Notes under the pieces: model-generated
Told to the model about the DNA's origin: nothing
Seen by the model: the letters and a program-made list of their open reading frames with translations, nothing else
The model's database searches: none
Translations under genes and position numbers: made by a program
Assembly: GCA_964355275.1 (NCBI GenBank)
Contig: CAYHCB010000007.1
Span: 2,759 to 51,097 of the forward strand
DNA length: 48,339 nucleotides
Direction: 5' to 3'
Origin: an uncultured Gammaproteobacteria bacterium
GTDB taxonomy: Bacteria; Patescibacteriota; Patescibacteriia; Patescibacteriales; UBA12465
In this document: piece after piece, positions 33,649 to 45,122 of the stretch
How positions within the stretch are numbered: position 1 is the stretch's first letter
Layout of the letters: each line of letters opens with the position of its first letter

Positions 33649-36600
33649 ATGCTAAACCCTATTAAAACCAGTGATTTTGATGCCATTCGTTTAAAGCTGG
33701 CCTCTCCAGACGAAATTTCTAATTGGTCTCATGGAGAAGTTACCAAGCCTGAAACGATTAATTATCGTACACAAAAACCAGAAAGAGATGGTTTATTTTG
33801 TGAAAAGATTTTTGGTCCAACCAAAGACTGGGAGTGTGCTTGTGGAAAATATAAAAAAATTCGTTACAAAGGAATTGTTTGTGATAAATGCGGAGTAGAA
33901 GTTACTCGCAGTGTTGTGCGTCGTGAACGCATGGGACATATTAATCTGCAAATTGCTTGTACCCATATTTGGTTTTTACGTGGCATTTCCTCAAAAATTG
34001 GTTTATTACTTAATTTAGGAATTCAATCACTTGAAAAAGTTATTTATTTTGCCAGTTTTATTATTACCGCTGTTGATGAAGATTTAAAGGAAGCAACTAT
34101 TGAACAAATTAAACAAGAATATAAATCAAAAAAGAAAAGTATTGAAAATGATTACCACCGAGATTTAAAAAATAAAGCCGAAAATGACGCTAAGGGTGCC
34201 GACGAAAAAGCACTAACTAAAGAGCGTAATGAAAAATTAGAAAGATTGGATGAAGATTTTTCGACAACTGCTAAAGAGCTTAAAGATCTTAAACCACTAC
34301 TTATTATTTCTGAACACCAATATCAAAATTTAAGTTTGAAGTTTGGTCATATTTTTGAGGCCGGTATCGGAGCTGAAGCAATTCGTGATTTACTTATTAA
34401 AATAGATTTAGATAAGAGCATTGTAAAATTAACAGAAAAGTTAAGCGGTGCAGTTGATTCTAAAAAAGAAAAATTAGTAAAACGTTTAAAACTACTTAAG
34501 AGTTTAGCTAATAATCATATTCGTCCAGAGTGGATGATTATGACGGTTCTTCCTGTTGTTCCTCCAGATCTTCGACCAATGGTAGCGTTAGACGGTGGTC
34601 GTTTTGCTGCTTCTGATTTAAATGATTTATATCGCCGAGTTATTAATCGTAACAATAGATTAAAACAATTAACCGATCTTAATGCTCCTGAAGTTATTTG
34701 TCGTAATGAAAAACGCATGCTTCAAGAAGCCGTTGATGCTTTGATTGATAACTCCGCTCGTCATTCTAAAACTGTAACAGCATCTACTGGACAAAAAAGA
34801 CAACTTAAATCTTTAGCTGATGCTTTAAAGGGTAAGCAGGGTCGTTTCCGTCAAAATTTATTAGGCAAACGGGTTGATTATTCTGGTCGTTCCGTTATTG
34901 TGGTTAACCCACGTTTGAATCTTGATCAATGTGGTTTACCTAAAATTATGGCACTGGAGTTATTTAAACCATTTATTATTTCCCAATTAATTAAGAGAGA
35001 AATTGTTCATAATGTCAGAAGCGCTTCTCGTTATATGGAAGCCGGTCATGATGAAGTTTGGGATATTTTAGAAGAGACGGTTCGTGATGCTTATGTTTTA
35101 CTTAATCGCGCCCCAACTTTACATCGTTTAGGTATTCAAGCTTTTAGACCAATTTTAATTGAAGGTAAGGCTATCCAAATACATCCTTTAGTTTGTACTG
35201 CTTTTAACGCTGACTTTGATGGTGATCAAATGGCCGTCCACGTACCACTTACTACTGAAGCACGACGTGAAGCAAAAGAACTAATGCTGTCTTCCCACAA
35301 TTTACTTAAACCGGCTACCGGGGAACCAATTGTTGCCCCTTCTCAGGATATTGTTTGGGGTACTTATTATATGACCTCAGAAGATAAATCTTTAGTTAAT
35401 AAAGAAACTAAAGATTTACATCATTTTTATGGCGTTGATGAGGCCCGTTTAGCTTATGATAACGGCTTTATTAATCTACACGAACCAATTGTTGTTAGAA
35501 TAAATAGCGAAAGAGTTAGAACTACTGTTGGCCGTTTAATTTTTAATTTAATTCTGCCAGAAAAATTACGCTTTATTAATGAAGTGGTTGGTAAAAGTAA
35601 AATTAAAGATTTAATTAAAGAATGTTTACGTTTATATAGCGAAGAGGAAACAGTTCACTTTATTGATGATTTAAAAAATAAGAGTTTTGCTTTTATTACT
35701 AAATCTGGTTTATCTTGGGGCTTTGGCGATTTGCCTGATCTAAAGGAGAAAGATTTATTAATTTCTGAAGCAACCGCAAAAGTTGAAGTTATTCAGGATC
35801 AATATGAAGAAGGTTTATTAACTGATAGTGAACGTTATTCTAAAGTTATTGAAGAGTGGACTAAGACTAAAGATAAGATTGCGGAAATTTGTAAAAAAGG
35901 ACTAGTGGATATCCTACCAGTGTTTTCTATGATTGATTCTGGGGCTCGTGGTTCTTGGGCTCAACCTGTTCAGATTTTAGGTATGAAAGGACTCGTTACT
36001 TCTCCATCTGGAGCAATTATTGAATTACCAGTTAAAGGAAACTTTAAAGAAGGTTTCGGTGTTTTAGAATATTTTATTTCTACTCACGGTGTACGTAAAG
36101 GTTTATCTGATACCGCTCTTCGTACCGCTAATGCTGGTTACTTAACTCGTCGTTTAGTTGATGTTTCTCAAGATGTAATTGTTGTTGAAGAAGATTGTGG
36201 TGATACAGTTGGTATGGTTATTACTCGCGCAGAAACAGAAAAAACTGGCGATGATTTCTTTAAGAAAATAGCCGGACGATTCTTAGCTGGCGAACTTAAA
36301 GATGAAAAAGGTAAGGTGATTGCTAAGGTTGGTGATTTATTAAGTGAAGAATTAGTTAAAGAAGCTAAACTTAAAAATGTTAGTGAAGTAAAAATCCGTA
36401 CAGTTTTAAGTTGCCATTTACATAAAGGTATTTGTGCTAAATGTTATGGTTACGATTTAGCTTATAACAAACCAGTTAAACTTGGCTCAACTGTTGGTAT
36501 TATTGCCGCTCAAAGTATTGGTGAGCCAGGCACACAGTTAACAATGAGAACCTTCCATACTGGTGGTGTTGCCGGTCATGATGATATTACTCAAGGTTTA

Positions 36601-37569
36601 CCACGTGTTGAAGAGATTTTTGAAAGTCGTACTCCTAAAAAGAAAGCTTTAATTTCCGATGTTGCAGGTTCTATTAAATTAGAATATGCCCAAAAAATAA
36701 TTAAAGATCAAGACGGTAAAGAAATTTCCGTTAACAATCCACAATCTAAAATTTTAAGTATTTCTTACCAAGGTAAGGATAGTGATAAATATTATTTTTC
36801 CGAAAAAGTTAATGAGATGAAACTAGCTTCTGGTGCTACTGCTAAAGATAAGAAAAAATTAGAAGTAAAAGTTACCGTTAAGGAAGGCGATAACGTTAAA
36901 ACTGGTATGGAGTTATTTAAGGTAGGTGGTGAAATTGTTAAAGCTAAAACTGACGGAGTCGCTTCGGTTTCTGAAAAATATGTTAGCGTTGCTAAAGATG
37001 TCAAAAAAATAAAAGAACATCAAATATTAAAAGGCACGATGTTACTTGTTAAAGATGGTGATGAGATTGAAAAGGGTACTCAGTTAACCGAAGGCAGTCT
37101 AGATTTAAGAGAATTATATAAACTTAAAGGACGACTGGAGACACAGAAATATATTATTAGAGAAATTCAGTATGTTTATTCTTCTCAGGGTCAACCTTTA
37201 AATGATAAGCACGTGGAGATTATTGCTCGACAAATGTTCTCTAGATATTTAGTTAAAGATTCTGGCGATACTAATTTATTATCTGGTGAAACTATTGAAG
37301 AAGAGGTGTTTTTCCAGGCTAATAAAGATTCAAAAAATTTAGCAAAAGCTGATAGATTGCTAATGGGTATTACTAAAGCATCTCTTACTACTGATAGTTT
37401 CTTGTCCGCCGCTTCCTTCCAGGAAACCCCAAGAGTACTTATTGAAGCCGCCGTTAATGGTAAAATTGATTATCTCGAGGGTCTAAAAGAAAATGTTATT
37501 ATTGGTTGCCTTATTCCAGCCGGAACTGGTTACAAAGGTAAGAAAGCACGAGAGATTTACACAAGATAA
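33649..37569 (+). CDS. rpoC: RNA polymerase beta' subunit
   Basis: Zn-binding [44 protein letters not shown]. Confidence 0.99.
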   Translation: MLNPIKTSDFDAIRLKLASPDEISNWSHGEVTKPETINYRTQKPERDGLFCEKIFGPTKDWECACGKYKKIRYKGIVCDKCGVEVTRSVVRRERMGHINLQIACTHIWFLRGISSKIGLLLNLGIQSLEKVIYFASFIITAVDEDLKEATIEQIKQEYKSKKKSIENDYHRDLKNKAENDAKGADEKALTKERNEKLERLDEDFSTTAKELKDLKPLLIISEHQYQNLSLKFGHIFEAGIGAEAIRDLLIKIDLDKSIVKLTEKLSGAVDSKKEKLVKRLKLLKSLANNHIRPEWMIMTVLPVVPPDLRPMVALDGGRFAASDLNDLYRRVINRNNRLKQLTDLNAPEVICRNEKRMLQEAVDALIDNSARHSKTVTASTGQKRQLKSLADALKGKQGRFRQNLLGKRVDYSGRSVIVVNPRLNLDQCGLPKIMALELFKPFIISQLIKREIVHNVRSASRYMEAGHDEVWDILEETVRDAYVLLNRAPTLHRLGIQAFRPILIEGKAIQIHPLVCTAFNADFDGDQMAVHVPLTTEARREAKELMLSSHNLLKPATGEPIVAPSQDIVWGTYYMTSEDKSLVNKETKDLHHFYGVDEARLAYDNGFINLHEPIVVRINSERVRTTVGRLIFNLILPEKLRFINEVVGKSKIKDLIKECLRLYSEEETVHFIDDLKNKSFAFITKSGLSWGFGDLPDLKEKDLLISEATAKVEVIQDQYEEGLLTDSERYSKVIEEWTKTKDKIAEICKKGLVDILPVFSMIDSGARGSWAQPVQILGMKGLVTSPSGAIIELPVKGNFKEGFGVLEYFISTHGVRKGLSDTALRTANAGYLTRRLVDVSQDVIVVEEDCGDTVGMVITRAETEKTGDDFFKKIAGRFLAGELKDEKGKVIAKVGDLLSEELVKEAKLKNVSEVKIRTVLSCHLHKGICAKCYGYDLAYNKPVKLGSTVGIIAAQSIGEPGTQLTMRTFHTGGVAGHDDITQGLPRVEEIFESRTPKKKALISDVAGSIKLEYAQKIIKDQDGKEISVNNPQSKILSISYQGKDSDKYYFSEKVNEMKLASGATAKDKKKLEVKVTVKEGDNVKTGMELFKVGGEIVKAKTDGVASVSEKYVSVAKDVKKIKEHQILKGTMLLVKDGDEIEKGTQLTEGSLDLRELYKLKGRLETQKYIIREIQYVYSSQGQPLNDKHVEIIARQMFSRYLVKDSGDTNLLSGETIEEEVFFQANKDSKNLAKADRLLMGITKASLTTDSFLSAASFQETPRVLIEAAVNGKIDYLEGLKENVIIGCLIPAGTGYKGKKAREIYTR

Positions 37570-37588
37570 AGATACTTTAAATATGTTT

Positions 37589-37620
37589 CAAAAACCGACT
37601 TAAATGAGTCGGTTTTTGTT
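37589..37620 (+). terminator. Intrinsic terminator after rpoC
   Basis: CAAAAACCGACTT-AAAT-GAGTCGGTTTTTG. Confidence 0.85.
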
Positions 37621-37654
37621 TGTTATTTCTCCAAAAATGTCTTACAATAAGAGT

Positions 37655-39154
37655 ATGCTTTTAAGAAAAATTCGTTTATTTTTATTAATTTTTTGGCTTA
37701 TTTTAGCCGGACTTATCGTCTGGTTTAAAGTTGTGCCTTTAGGCTCGGTGACTTATTCTATAAACTATCCAGCTAAATTTAAATTATTAGGTGGTAAAGG
37801 GTTTATTGGTAAGTTTACTCCAAATAATCGAGTTGAGATTACGTCTGGCGAGGCAGCTAAAATAATTGGTGATCCAGTTTATTTTTCTGTTTTTACTCCA
37901 AGAACATTTTCGGAGGCCAAAATAACGATTTCTTACCAAAATAATCTTTCCAGTACTACGCCTATTATTGAGGCTGGAGTTTTAGTAGATAATATAGTTT
38001 GGCGCTATAAATTAGCTCCGGTAGAAAATAATATTCTGGAAAATGAATTTAAAAATTGGAACGAACTTCGTTCTGGCGATATTTTATTACTTCAAAAAAA
38101 TAAGAACTTTTCTAGTGTGGAAGAATTTTTAAATACTTTAAAAAATGAACCAAAAAGTATTTGTCAGTCAGAAGATTTTAAATCTTGCTTAGTTTTGTAT
38201 AACGAGAGCAGTTTGAATTCTAGTCTACCAGAAAATTATTTAATAGGCGCTGCTAGTAGTTTTAAAAAAATAGAAATTCCTTTACAAGGAGCCCATCAAT
38301 TTTATTTTATTAAAACAAGTGGTCAGGAGTCTATTTTTGATCTAGATTTTACTGATTTAAACCTCAATAAAGACAATGATGAAATTATTATAAATATTTA
38401 TCAGGGTGATAGTAAAATTTATTCAAAAGTAATAAAGGATAATTCTGGTGGCGAGGTTAAGGGCTTAGTTAGAAATTTTTCTGAGTATTTTTCTTTACCA
38501 ACAAATGATCAAGTCGTCGGTTTATGTAAATTAGAAATTAAAGCTAATGACGATATTGTAATAAAAAATATAAATAGAGCTCCTTCAGCTTTAAATGCTA
38601 TTGGTAGATTACGCCCGGTAGCTAGTGGTCAAAAATCTTTATCTTTTTGGACTGATAGTTCCTTTATTTTACTTACAACTAACAATCCCGCTAGTCGTCA
38701 GATAGTTAATTTCGGAGGTAATAATTTTTCACTCGCCAATGCTTATGAGCAATTTGAATTCTCAAGTAGTGCTATTGGCTTAAAGGAGGTGCGGCTGCAA
38801 CTAGATGATGTTATTTTAGAAAATGATGGCGTTTTTTCATTTACAGCTGATGACTTTTTAAATCCAGAATTTAAACATTTAGATAGGCATTTTGTTTTAG
38901 ATAATAAAAATGAATATATTTTAGCAGTTTATAAGTCACCGGAAAATATCTCAAATAACTTTAAAAAAGCAACCATATCACTTAATACAAAAGAAGCTTA
39001 TCGTGAAAATGGAAAATATAGTTTTATGATATCTATCCCCGGATTATCGTTAGCCGATAGTGGAAATATATTAATTAAAGAGATGAAAATAGAGTTTTTA
39101 GGTAGGACTTTTTGGGATAAAATAAAAGAAAAAATATTTACTTATGCTAATTAA
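37655..39154 (+). CDS. Hypothetical membrane-anchored extracellular protein (beta-strand-rich)
   Basis: Likely start ATG 37655 (MLLRKIRL), as the track's start lies inside the rpoC terminator. Single N-terminal TM, then a soluble region rich in aromatic residues and Ser/Asn. Confidence 0.75.
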   Translation: MLLRKIRLFLLIFWLILAGLIVWFKVVPLGSVTYSINYPAKFKLLGGKGFIGKFTPNNRVEITSGEAAKIIGDPVYFSVFTPRTFSEAKITISYQNNLSSTTPIIEAGVLVDNIVWRYKLAPVENNILENEFKNWNELRSGDILLLQKNKNFSSVEEFLNTLKNEPKSICQSEDFKSCLVLYNESSLNSSLPENYLIGAASSFKKIEIPLQGAHQFYFIKTSGQESIFDLDFTDLNLNKDNDEIIINIYQGDSKIYSKVIKDNSGGEVKGLVRNFSEYFSLPTNDQVVGLCKLEIKANDDIVIKNINRAPSALNAIGRLRPVASGQKSLSFWTDSSFILLTTNNPASRQIVNFGGNNFSLANAYEQFEFSSSAIGLKEVRLQLDDVILENDGVFSFTADDFLNPEFKHLDRHFVLDNKNEYILAVYKSPENISNNFKKATISLNTKEAYRENGKYSFMISIPGLSLADSGNILIKEMKIEFLGRTFWDKIKEKIFTYAN

Positions 39155-39314
39155 AATTAAAAAAAATATTTTTAGAGAATTTTTCTATTTTTTAACAGCT
39201 ACACTGCTTCTTTTAATTTTGGCAGAAATTATTTGGCCAAGTAGTATTTTAGTTTATTTAAATATTAATTATGTTGTCACTTTGTGGGCATTTTTTTGGC
39301 TTTTATTAATTTAA
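39144..39314 (+). CDS. 56-aa two-TM membrane protein missed by the ORF track
   Basis: MLIKIKKNIFREFFYFLTATLLLLILAEIIWPSSILVYLNINYVVTLWAFFWLLLI*; overlaps the upstream stop and ends 1 bp before the next ATG. Confidence 0.7.
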   Translation: MLIKIKKNIFREFFYFLTATLLLLILAEIIWPSSILVYLNINYVVTLWAFFWLLLI

Positions 39315-39315
39315 T

Positions 39316-40029
39316 ATGTATAAAAATAAAAAAATTATTGCCGTTTTACCAGCCTATAATGCCGCTTTAACTTTAAAGAAGACGGTCGCTGATATTCCAG
39401 ATATTTTTGATGAAATAATTTTAGTAGATGATGCTAGTTCAGATGACACTGCCCGTATAGCTAAAGATTTAGGACTTAGTGTTATTGTTCATAGTTATAA
39501 TAAAGGTTACGGTGGAAATCAGAAAACCTGTTACTTAGCTGCTTTAAAAAGTGGCGCAGATGCCGTTGTGATGATTCATCCTGACTATCAATATGATCCT
39601 AAATTAGCTCGTTATTTTGCGGAATATATAATAGATGGTTATTTTGATGTTGTTTTAGGAAATAGAATAAGATCAAGAAAAGAAGCGCTAGCTGGCGGTA
39701 TGCCAGCTTATAAGTATTTATTTAACAGACTCTTAACTTTATTTGAAAATATAATTAGTGGTCAGAATTTAGGTGAATGGCATAGTGGGATGCGCGCTTA
39801 TTCTAAGGAAGCGTTAGAAAAAGTTAATTGGCAAAGTAATTCTAATGATTTTGTTTTCGATAGCCAGATGCTTTTTAAAATGATAGGTCATGGTTTTAGA
39901 ATCGGTGAGGTGCCAGTTCCTGCTCTTTATTTTAAAGAGGCGTCTTCTATTAATCTTAAGAGAAGTTTAAAATATGGAGCCGGGACTATTTGGTGCGGTC
40001 TCAAATATCTATTTGGTGTTTGGCGTTAA
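39316..40029 (+). CDS. GT2 glycosyltransferase, polyprenol-phosphate sugar synthase (DPM/DPG-like)
   Basis: LPAYNA, VDDASSDDT, NKGYGGNQK, HPDYQYDP, SGMRAYS, FVFDSQM; 237 aa, no clear TM. Confidence 0.85.
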   Translation: MYKNKKIIAVLPAYNAALTLKKTVADIPDIFDEIILVDDASSDDTARIAKDLGLSVIVHSYNKGYGGNQKTCYLAALKSGADAVVMIHPDYQYDPKLARYFAEYIIDGYFDVVLGNRIRSRKEALAGGMPAYKYLFNRLLTLFENIISGQNLGEWHSGMRAYSKEALEKVNWQSNSNDFVFDSQMLFKMIGHGFRIGEVPVPALYFKEASSINLKRSLKYGAGTIWCGLKYLFGVWR

Positions 40030-40037
40030 AATAAATT

Positions 40038-41603
40038 ATGAAACTCAGCCCTTTATTTAAAAAAATATTACCTTATTTAATACTAAGTGTCTTTGGTTTT
40101 TTACTGTATTATCAAACGATGTCTTTTTCTTTTGTTTATTTAGATGATAATAGGCTTATTTTAGATAATCAAGAAATATTAAGGGAGTCCAGTTTTATTA
40201 AAATTTTTACTTCCGATGTTTTCTTTTCTAATATAGATAGTAGTTTTTATTATCGCCCATTACTTAATATTTCCTTTTTATTAGATATTATAATAGGTAA
40301 AACAGCCCCTTTTATTTTTCATTTTTCTAATTTAATTTTACATCTTTTGTCGGTTAGTTTATTATTTTATATTTTTAAAAAACATTTTTTTTCTGAAAAA
40401 ATTTCCCTTTTTCTATCTTTTGTTTTTTTAACTCATCCCGCCTTAGCTCAAGCGGTTGCTTGGATACCCGGTAGAAATGATTTATTACTTACTATTTTTG
40501 TTCTTATTTCTTTTTCTTTATTTTTAGATTTTCTTAAAAATAATAAGCTTAGTTATTTATGGTGGCACTTTATTTTTCTACTTTTTGCCTTGTTTACTAA
40601 AGAAACTGCAGTTTTTTTACCAATAATTTGTGTTTTTTATTATTATTTATTTGATGAAAAATCGCAGAATGATTACCGGAAAGATAATTATTTAATAATT
40701 GGTGCTGGCTGGATCACTTCTTTTATTATTTGGTTTTTATTTAGAAAAGTTTCTCTGTCAGCGGAGATGTCTTTAGATGGTTTGTTTATATCAGGCATTC
40801 AAAATTTTTCAGCGGCTGTAATTTATTTAGGTAAAGTTATTCTACCTGTTAATTTATCTGTTTATCCAATAATTAAAGACTCAACTTATTTTTTTGGTAT
40901 TTTAAGTGCTATATTTATTTTTACTGGTATTTATTTTAGTCAAAAATTAAATTGGCGACGTTTAGCGTTTGGCTTTTTATGGTTTATTATTTTTTTGTTA
41001 CCAAGTTTTTTAAATCCTGACCCCAGTTCTACTTCTAGTTTTTTTGAACACCGCCTGTATTTACCAATTATAGGTTTATTTATTTGTATTGCTGAAATTT
41101 ATCCTCTTAAAGATGTAAAATGGCAAACTAAAAAATCAGTAATAATTGCAGTAAGTATTATTGTTATTTTTTCTGGTTTAACATTTTTTCACTCGCGTCA
41201 TTTTTCTGATCGTTTAACTTTTTGGGTGGAAGCGGTTAAAAATTCCCCTAGTTCGGCTTTCGCTCATAATAATTTAGGGGCGATGTATTATTTAGACAAT
41301 AATTTAGAAGGGGCTAAAACTCATTATTTAGAAGCTCTTAAGATTGATTCTCAGCAAAGATTATCTAATAATAATTTAGGGCTTATTGCGATGAATCAAG
41401 GAAAAGTTGAAGAAGCTGAGGTCTATTATAAAAAAGAATTAGAATTTAACCCCTATTATGATAATGCTTGGTCTAATTTAGGCATCCTTTATTTTAAAGA
41501 AAAGCGCTTCGAGGAGGCCGCTAATGCTTTTAAAACAGCTTATCAAATTAACCCTAATAATCAGACAGCTTATAGTAATTTGCTTATTTTAAACGCTAAC
41601 TGA
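40038..41603 (+). CDS. GT-C fold multi-TM glycosyltransferase with C-terminal TPRs (TMTC-like)
   Basis: FVYLDD loop, YYRPL, FHFSNLILH, HP, WIPGRNDLL, KETA, EHRLYLP, about 10-11 TM, then NNLG TPR repeats. Confidence 0.8.
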   Translation: MKLSPLFKKILPYLILSVFGFLLYYQTMSFSFVYLDDNRLILDNQEILRESSFIKIFTSDVFFSNIDSSFYYRPLLNISFLLDIIIGKTAPFIFHFSNLILHLLSVSLLFYIFKKHFFSEKISLFLSFVFLTHPALAQAVAWIPGRNDLLLTIFVLISFSLFLDFLKNNKLSYLWWHFIFLLFALFTKETAVFLPIICVFYYYLFDEKSQNDYRKDNYLIIGAGWITSFIIWFLFRKVSLSAEMSLDGLFISGIQNFSAAVIYLGKVILPVNLSVYPIIKDSTYFFGILSAIFIFTGIYFSQKLNWRRLAFGFLWFIIFLLPSFLNPDPSSTSSFFEHRLYLPIIGLFICIAEIYPLKDVKWQTKKSVIIAVSIIVIFSGLTFFHSRHFSDRLTFWVEAVKNSPSSAFAHNNLGAMYYLDNNLEGAKTHYLEALKIDSQQRLSNNNLGLIAMNQGKVEEAEVYYKKELEFNPYYDNAWSNLGILYFKEKRFEEAANAFKTAYQINPNNQTAYSNLLILNAN

Positions 41604-41617
41604 TAGAATACTAAAGT

Positions 41618-43249
41618 ATGTGGAGAAAAATATTTAGTCAAAAGGTTAATGGTATTGCTGTAGCCGCTATCTTGGTGGCTGCCTCTTCGCTTGCCTCTCG
41701 TGTTTTAGGGGTATTTAGAGATAGAATCTTGGCTAGTCAATTTGGCGCGGGGCCACAACTAGATATTTATTATGCCGCTTTTCGGGTGCCAGATTTATTA
41801 TTTAATTTGGTTGTTTTAGGGGCTTTGTCGGCTGGCTTTATTCCGATTTTTAGTGGCTTAGTTAAAAATTTTAAAGATCCTAAAAAAACCGAAGACAACG
41901 CTCAGGCCTGGCAATTAGCGGTTAATGTTATTAACTTATTATCTTTATTTTTATTAGCTCTTTCTTTAGTTGGTATTTTATTTGCTCCACTTTTAGTTCG
42001 CCTTATTACTCCTGGTTTTTCACCGGAATCACAAGCGACAACCGCCGCTTTAACCCGTATCATGTTTTTATCCCCTTTGTTCCTTGGGGTTTCTGGAGTT
42101 TTAGGCGGTATGCTTCAGTCGTTTAGAAGATTTTTTATTTATTCTTTGGCCCCAATTTTTTATAATTTAGGTATTATTGTTGGAGCGCTATGGTTTTCTG
42201 GTTGGTGGGGTATTTCTGGTCTTGCTTGGGGAGTTGTTCTGGGGGCCTGCCTACACATGTTAATTCAACTACCAGCTGTCTATGCTTTAGGTTTTAAATA
42301 TTCTTTTAAAATAAACTTTCGTGATTTTGCTACCAGAAGAATCGGTCGTTTAATGATTCCTCGAACTCTTAGTTTAGCAATAACGCAAGTTGATTTGCTC
42401 GTGACAACCATTATTGCCTCGGGGTTAGCTGCCGGGTCTCTAACAATTTTTAATTTAGCTAATAATTTACAATCGTTTCCTATTGGAATTTTTGGGGTAT
42501 CTTTTGCTATCGCGGCTTTTCCTACTTTATCACAATATGCCCATGATAAAGAAAAATTAGAAGCTAGCTTTTCTTCAACTATTCGTCAGATTTTTTTCTT
42601 TGTGATTCCAGCGACAGTTTTTTTAATTACTTTAAGGGCTCAAATTATTCGGGTCGTTTTAGGTGCGGGGGCTTTTACTTGGCAGGACACAATTTTAACA
42701 ATGAATACTTTAGCATTTTTTTCTATTAGTTTATTTGCTCAAGCATCTATTCCTCTTTTAGTTAGAGTTTTTTATGCCCGTCATGATTCTAAAACCCCTT
42801 TTTATATAGGTATGTTTATTGTCGCAACGGATGTTGTTTTGTGTATTTTGTTATCTAAAAAAATGGGAGTAATGGGGCTGGCCTTAGCCTACTCTATTTC
42901 CAGTATTTTAAATTTTTTATTACTTTGGACCTGGCTTCATTTTAAAGTTGGCAGCTTAGGAATTGCCAAAATTGCTCAGTCAGCCATTAAATTTTCCTTG
43001 TCGGCTGTTGGTGCGGGCATCGCTATTCAGCTTATGAAAATAGCTGTGTTACCATTTATTGATATGACTAGATTTTCCGGAGTGCTAATTCAGTTACTGG
43101 CCTCGGCTGTGGCTGGTGGACTGGTGTATTTATTTTTATGTTATTTATTTGGTAGTGAAGAATTAACTACCTTTATAAACTCAATTAGTCGTCGCCGGAA
43201 GGCCAAAATAACCAACTTAGATGATTCTAGCGAAGCCAGAGGAGACTAA
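41618..43249 (+). CDS. murJ: Lipid II flippase MurJ
   Basis: SRVLGVFRD, AFRVPDLL, GALSAGFIP, RVFYARHDSKTP. Confidence 0.93.
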   Translation: MWRKIFSQKVNGIAVAAILVAASSLASRVLGVFRDRILASQFGAGPQLDIYYAAFRVPDLLFNLVVLGALSAGFIPIFSGLVKNFKDPKKTEDNAQAWQLAVNVINLLSLFLLALSLVGILFAPLLVRLITPGFSPESQATTAALTRIMFLSPLFLGVSGVLGGMLQSFRRFFIYSLAPIFYNLGIIVGALWFSGWWGISGLAWGVVLGACLHMLIQLPAVYALGFKYSFKINFRDFATRRIGRLMIPRTLSLAITQVDLLVTTIIASGLAAGSLTIFNLANNLQSFPIGIFGVSFAIAAFPTLSQYAHDKEKLEASFSSTIRQIFFFVIPATVFLITLRAQIIRVVLGAGAFTWQDTILTMNTLAFFSISLFAQASIPLLVRVFYARHDSKTPFYIGMFIVATDVVLCILLSKKMGVMGLALAYSISSILNFLLLWTWLHFKVGSLGIAKIAQSAIKFSLSAVGAGIAIQLMKIAVLPFIDMTRFSGVLIQLLASAVAGGLVYLFLCYLFGSEELTTFINSISRRRKAKITNLDDSSEARGD

Positions 43250-43257
43250 TTATTTAA

Positions 43258-43286
43258 TTGACCACCACTTTAAAATCAAGTAAGAT
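43258..43286 (+). promoter_or_regulatory. Leaderless-type promoter for lepA
   Basis: TTGACC, 17 bp, TAAGAT, 7 nt, ATG (43294). Confidence 0.7.
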
Positions 43287-43293
43287 AAAAACG

Positions 43294-45117
43294 ATGAATA
43301 ATTTAGATAAAATTAGAAATTTTTGTGTAATTGCGCATATTGATCATGGTAAATCTACTCTAGCTGACCGTATGTTAGAAATCACTGGAACCGTTGATAA
43401 GCGTAACATGAAAGATCAGATCTTAGATGGCATGGACATTGAACGTGAGCGGGGAATTACTATTAAGTTGCAACCAGTAACCATGAGTTATAAAGGGTAT
43501 CAACTTAATTTAATTGACACCCCAGGTCACGTTGATTTTTCTTATGAAGTCTCTCGGTCTCTGGCTGCTGTTGAAACAGCCGTTTTACTGGTTGATTGCA
43601 CTCAAGGCATCCAAGCACAAACCTTGGCTAATTTATATTTGGCCTTAGAACAAGATTTAACTATTATTCCGGTGGTTAATAAAATTGATTTACCAGCCGC
43701 TGATGTTGCTAAAACAAAAAGAGAAATTATTAAACTATTAGGCTGTAAAGAAGAAGAGATAATTTGTAGTTCCGGAAAAACTGGCGCTGGTGTGGCGGAG
43801 GTTTTACAAGCAGTAATTGATTATGGCCATGGACCTAAATCTTTATCAGGTGAAGAAAAACAAGATTACCCAAGGGCTCTTATTTTTGACTCAAAATATG
43901 ATGAGTATAAAGGCGTCGTTGCCTATGTTCGGGTTTTTGACGGTCACATTAAAAAGGGTGATAAAGTAAAATTAATGGCTACCGGAGTTACTAGCGAAGT
44001 TTTAGATATTGGAGTATTTAAACCAGATTATTTTTCAACCGGTGAACTTAAAAGCGGTGAGATTGGTTATATCGTTACTGGCTTTAAACAAGTAGGCGAT
44101 TGTCGTGTTGGTGATACTATGACAGCAAATATTGGGGTTGCTAATTCAGTGAACATAAAACCGCTAGCTGGATATAAAGAGGTTAAACCAATGGTCTTTG
44201 CCGGAATTTTTCCTAGTGAAGGCGATAATTTACAAAACTTGCGTGATGCCATGGAGCGTTTAAAACTTAATGATGCTGCCTTAGCTTACGAGCCGGAGCA
44301 ATCTGATGCTATTGGTGTCGGTTTTCGTTGTGGTTTTTTAGGATTGCTCCATTTAGAAATTTTTCAAGAACGTTTACGTCGCGAGTATAACTTAGATTTA
44401 ATTGTTACTGTTCCAAGTGTAGCTTATAAAGTTTTCAAAAAAGATGGTGAAGAAATGATTGTACGCACTCCACAACGTTTGCCTGATCCTAACGCTATTT
44501 TATCAATTGAAGAGCCAATTGTGACTTTAGATATTATTACGCCTAAAGTTTATTTGGGTAGTATTATGAAGGTAACTCAAGATAAACGTGGTAATTATAA
44601 AAATACTGAATATATTTCTGTTGACGGCGATGAGGCTCGAGTAATTTTACATTATGATATTCCCATGGCCGCTATTTTAACCGATTATTATGATAAGATA
44701 AAAAGTGTTTCCGCTGGTTATGCTTCGATTAATTATGAATTTTTAGAATATCGTCCAGCTGATGTAGTAAAGATGGACATCATGGTAGCCGAGGAGTCAG
44801 TTGAGTCGCTAGCTACTATTGTTTATCGCGATGACGCTACAAGACAAGGACGTGAGGTGGTTGAAATTTTAAAAAATACTATTCCTCGTCAAATGTTTGT
44901 TATTAAATTACAAGCAGCTATTGGTGGTAAAGTTGTAGCGGCAGAAAGAATTAGTGCTATGCGTAAAGATGTTACCGCTAAACTTTATGGCGGTGACGTT
45001 AGTCGAAAGAATAAGTTACTTGATAAGCAAAAAAAAGGGAAAAAGAAAATGATGGCGATGGGGCGTGGTAGAGTTGATATTCCGCCCGATACTTTTATTA
45101 AAATTTTAAAAAGATAA
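43294..45117 (+). CDS. lepA: Elongation factor 4
   Basis: IRNFCVIAHIDHGKSTLADR, DTPGHVDF, GFLGLLH, KLYGGD. Start at ATG 43294. Confidence 0.98.
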   Translation: MNNLDKIRNFCVIAHIDHGKSTLADRMLEITGTVDKRNMKDQILDGMDIERERGITIKLQPVTMSYKGYQLNLIDTPGHVDFSYEVSRSLAAVETAVLLVDCTQGIQAQTLANLYLALEQDLTIIPVVNKIDLPAADVAKTKREIIKLLGCKEEEIICSSGKTGAGVAEVLQAVIDYGHGPKSLSGEEKQDYPRALIFDSKYDEYKGVVAYVRVFDGHIKKGDKVKLMATGVTSEVLDIGVFKPDYFSTGELKSGEIGYIVTGFKQVGDCRVGDTMTANIGVANSVNIKPLAGYKEVKPMVFAGIFPSEGDNLQNLRDAMERLKLNDAALAYEPEQSDAIGVGFRCGFLGLLHLEIFQERLRREYNLDLIVTVPSVAYKVFKKDGEEMIVRTPQRLPDPNAILSIEEPIVTLDIITPKVYLGSIMKVTQDKRGNYKNTEYISVDGDEARVILHYDIPMAAILTDYYDKIKSVSAGYASINYEFLEYRPADVVKMDIMVAEESVESLATIVYRDDATRQGREVVEILKNTIPRQMFVIKLQAAIGGKVVAAERISAMRKDVTAKLYGGDVSRKNKLLDKQKKGKKKMMAMGRGRVDIPPDTFIKILKR

Positions 45118-45122
45118 AAATT

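Noticed and set aside
30223-37569. Inteins or introns in rpoB/rpoC (also polA, ftsK)
   Set aside because: Lengths are normal or compact, and no splice-junction or homing-endonuclease motifs were seen.
25715-41603. Possible genetic code 25 (UGA=Gly)
   Set aside because: TGA ends the CDF and TMTC-like genes at sensible positions, and the long genes contain no in-frame TGA.
1225-44252. Many short antisense ORFs inside core genes (e.g. 3002-3487, 10913-11260, 26695-26946, 44067-44252)
   Set aside because: Shadow ORFs opposite well-supported genes, with no recognisable motifs or signals.
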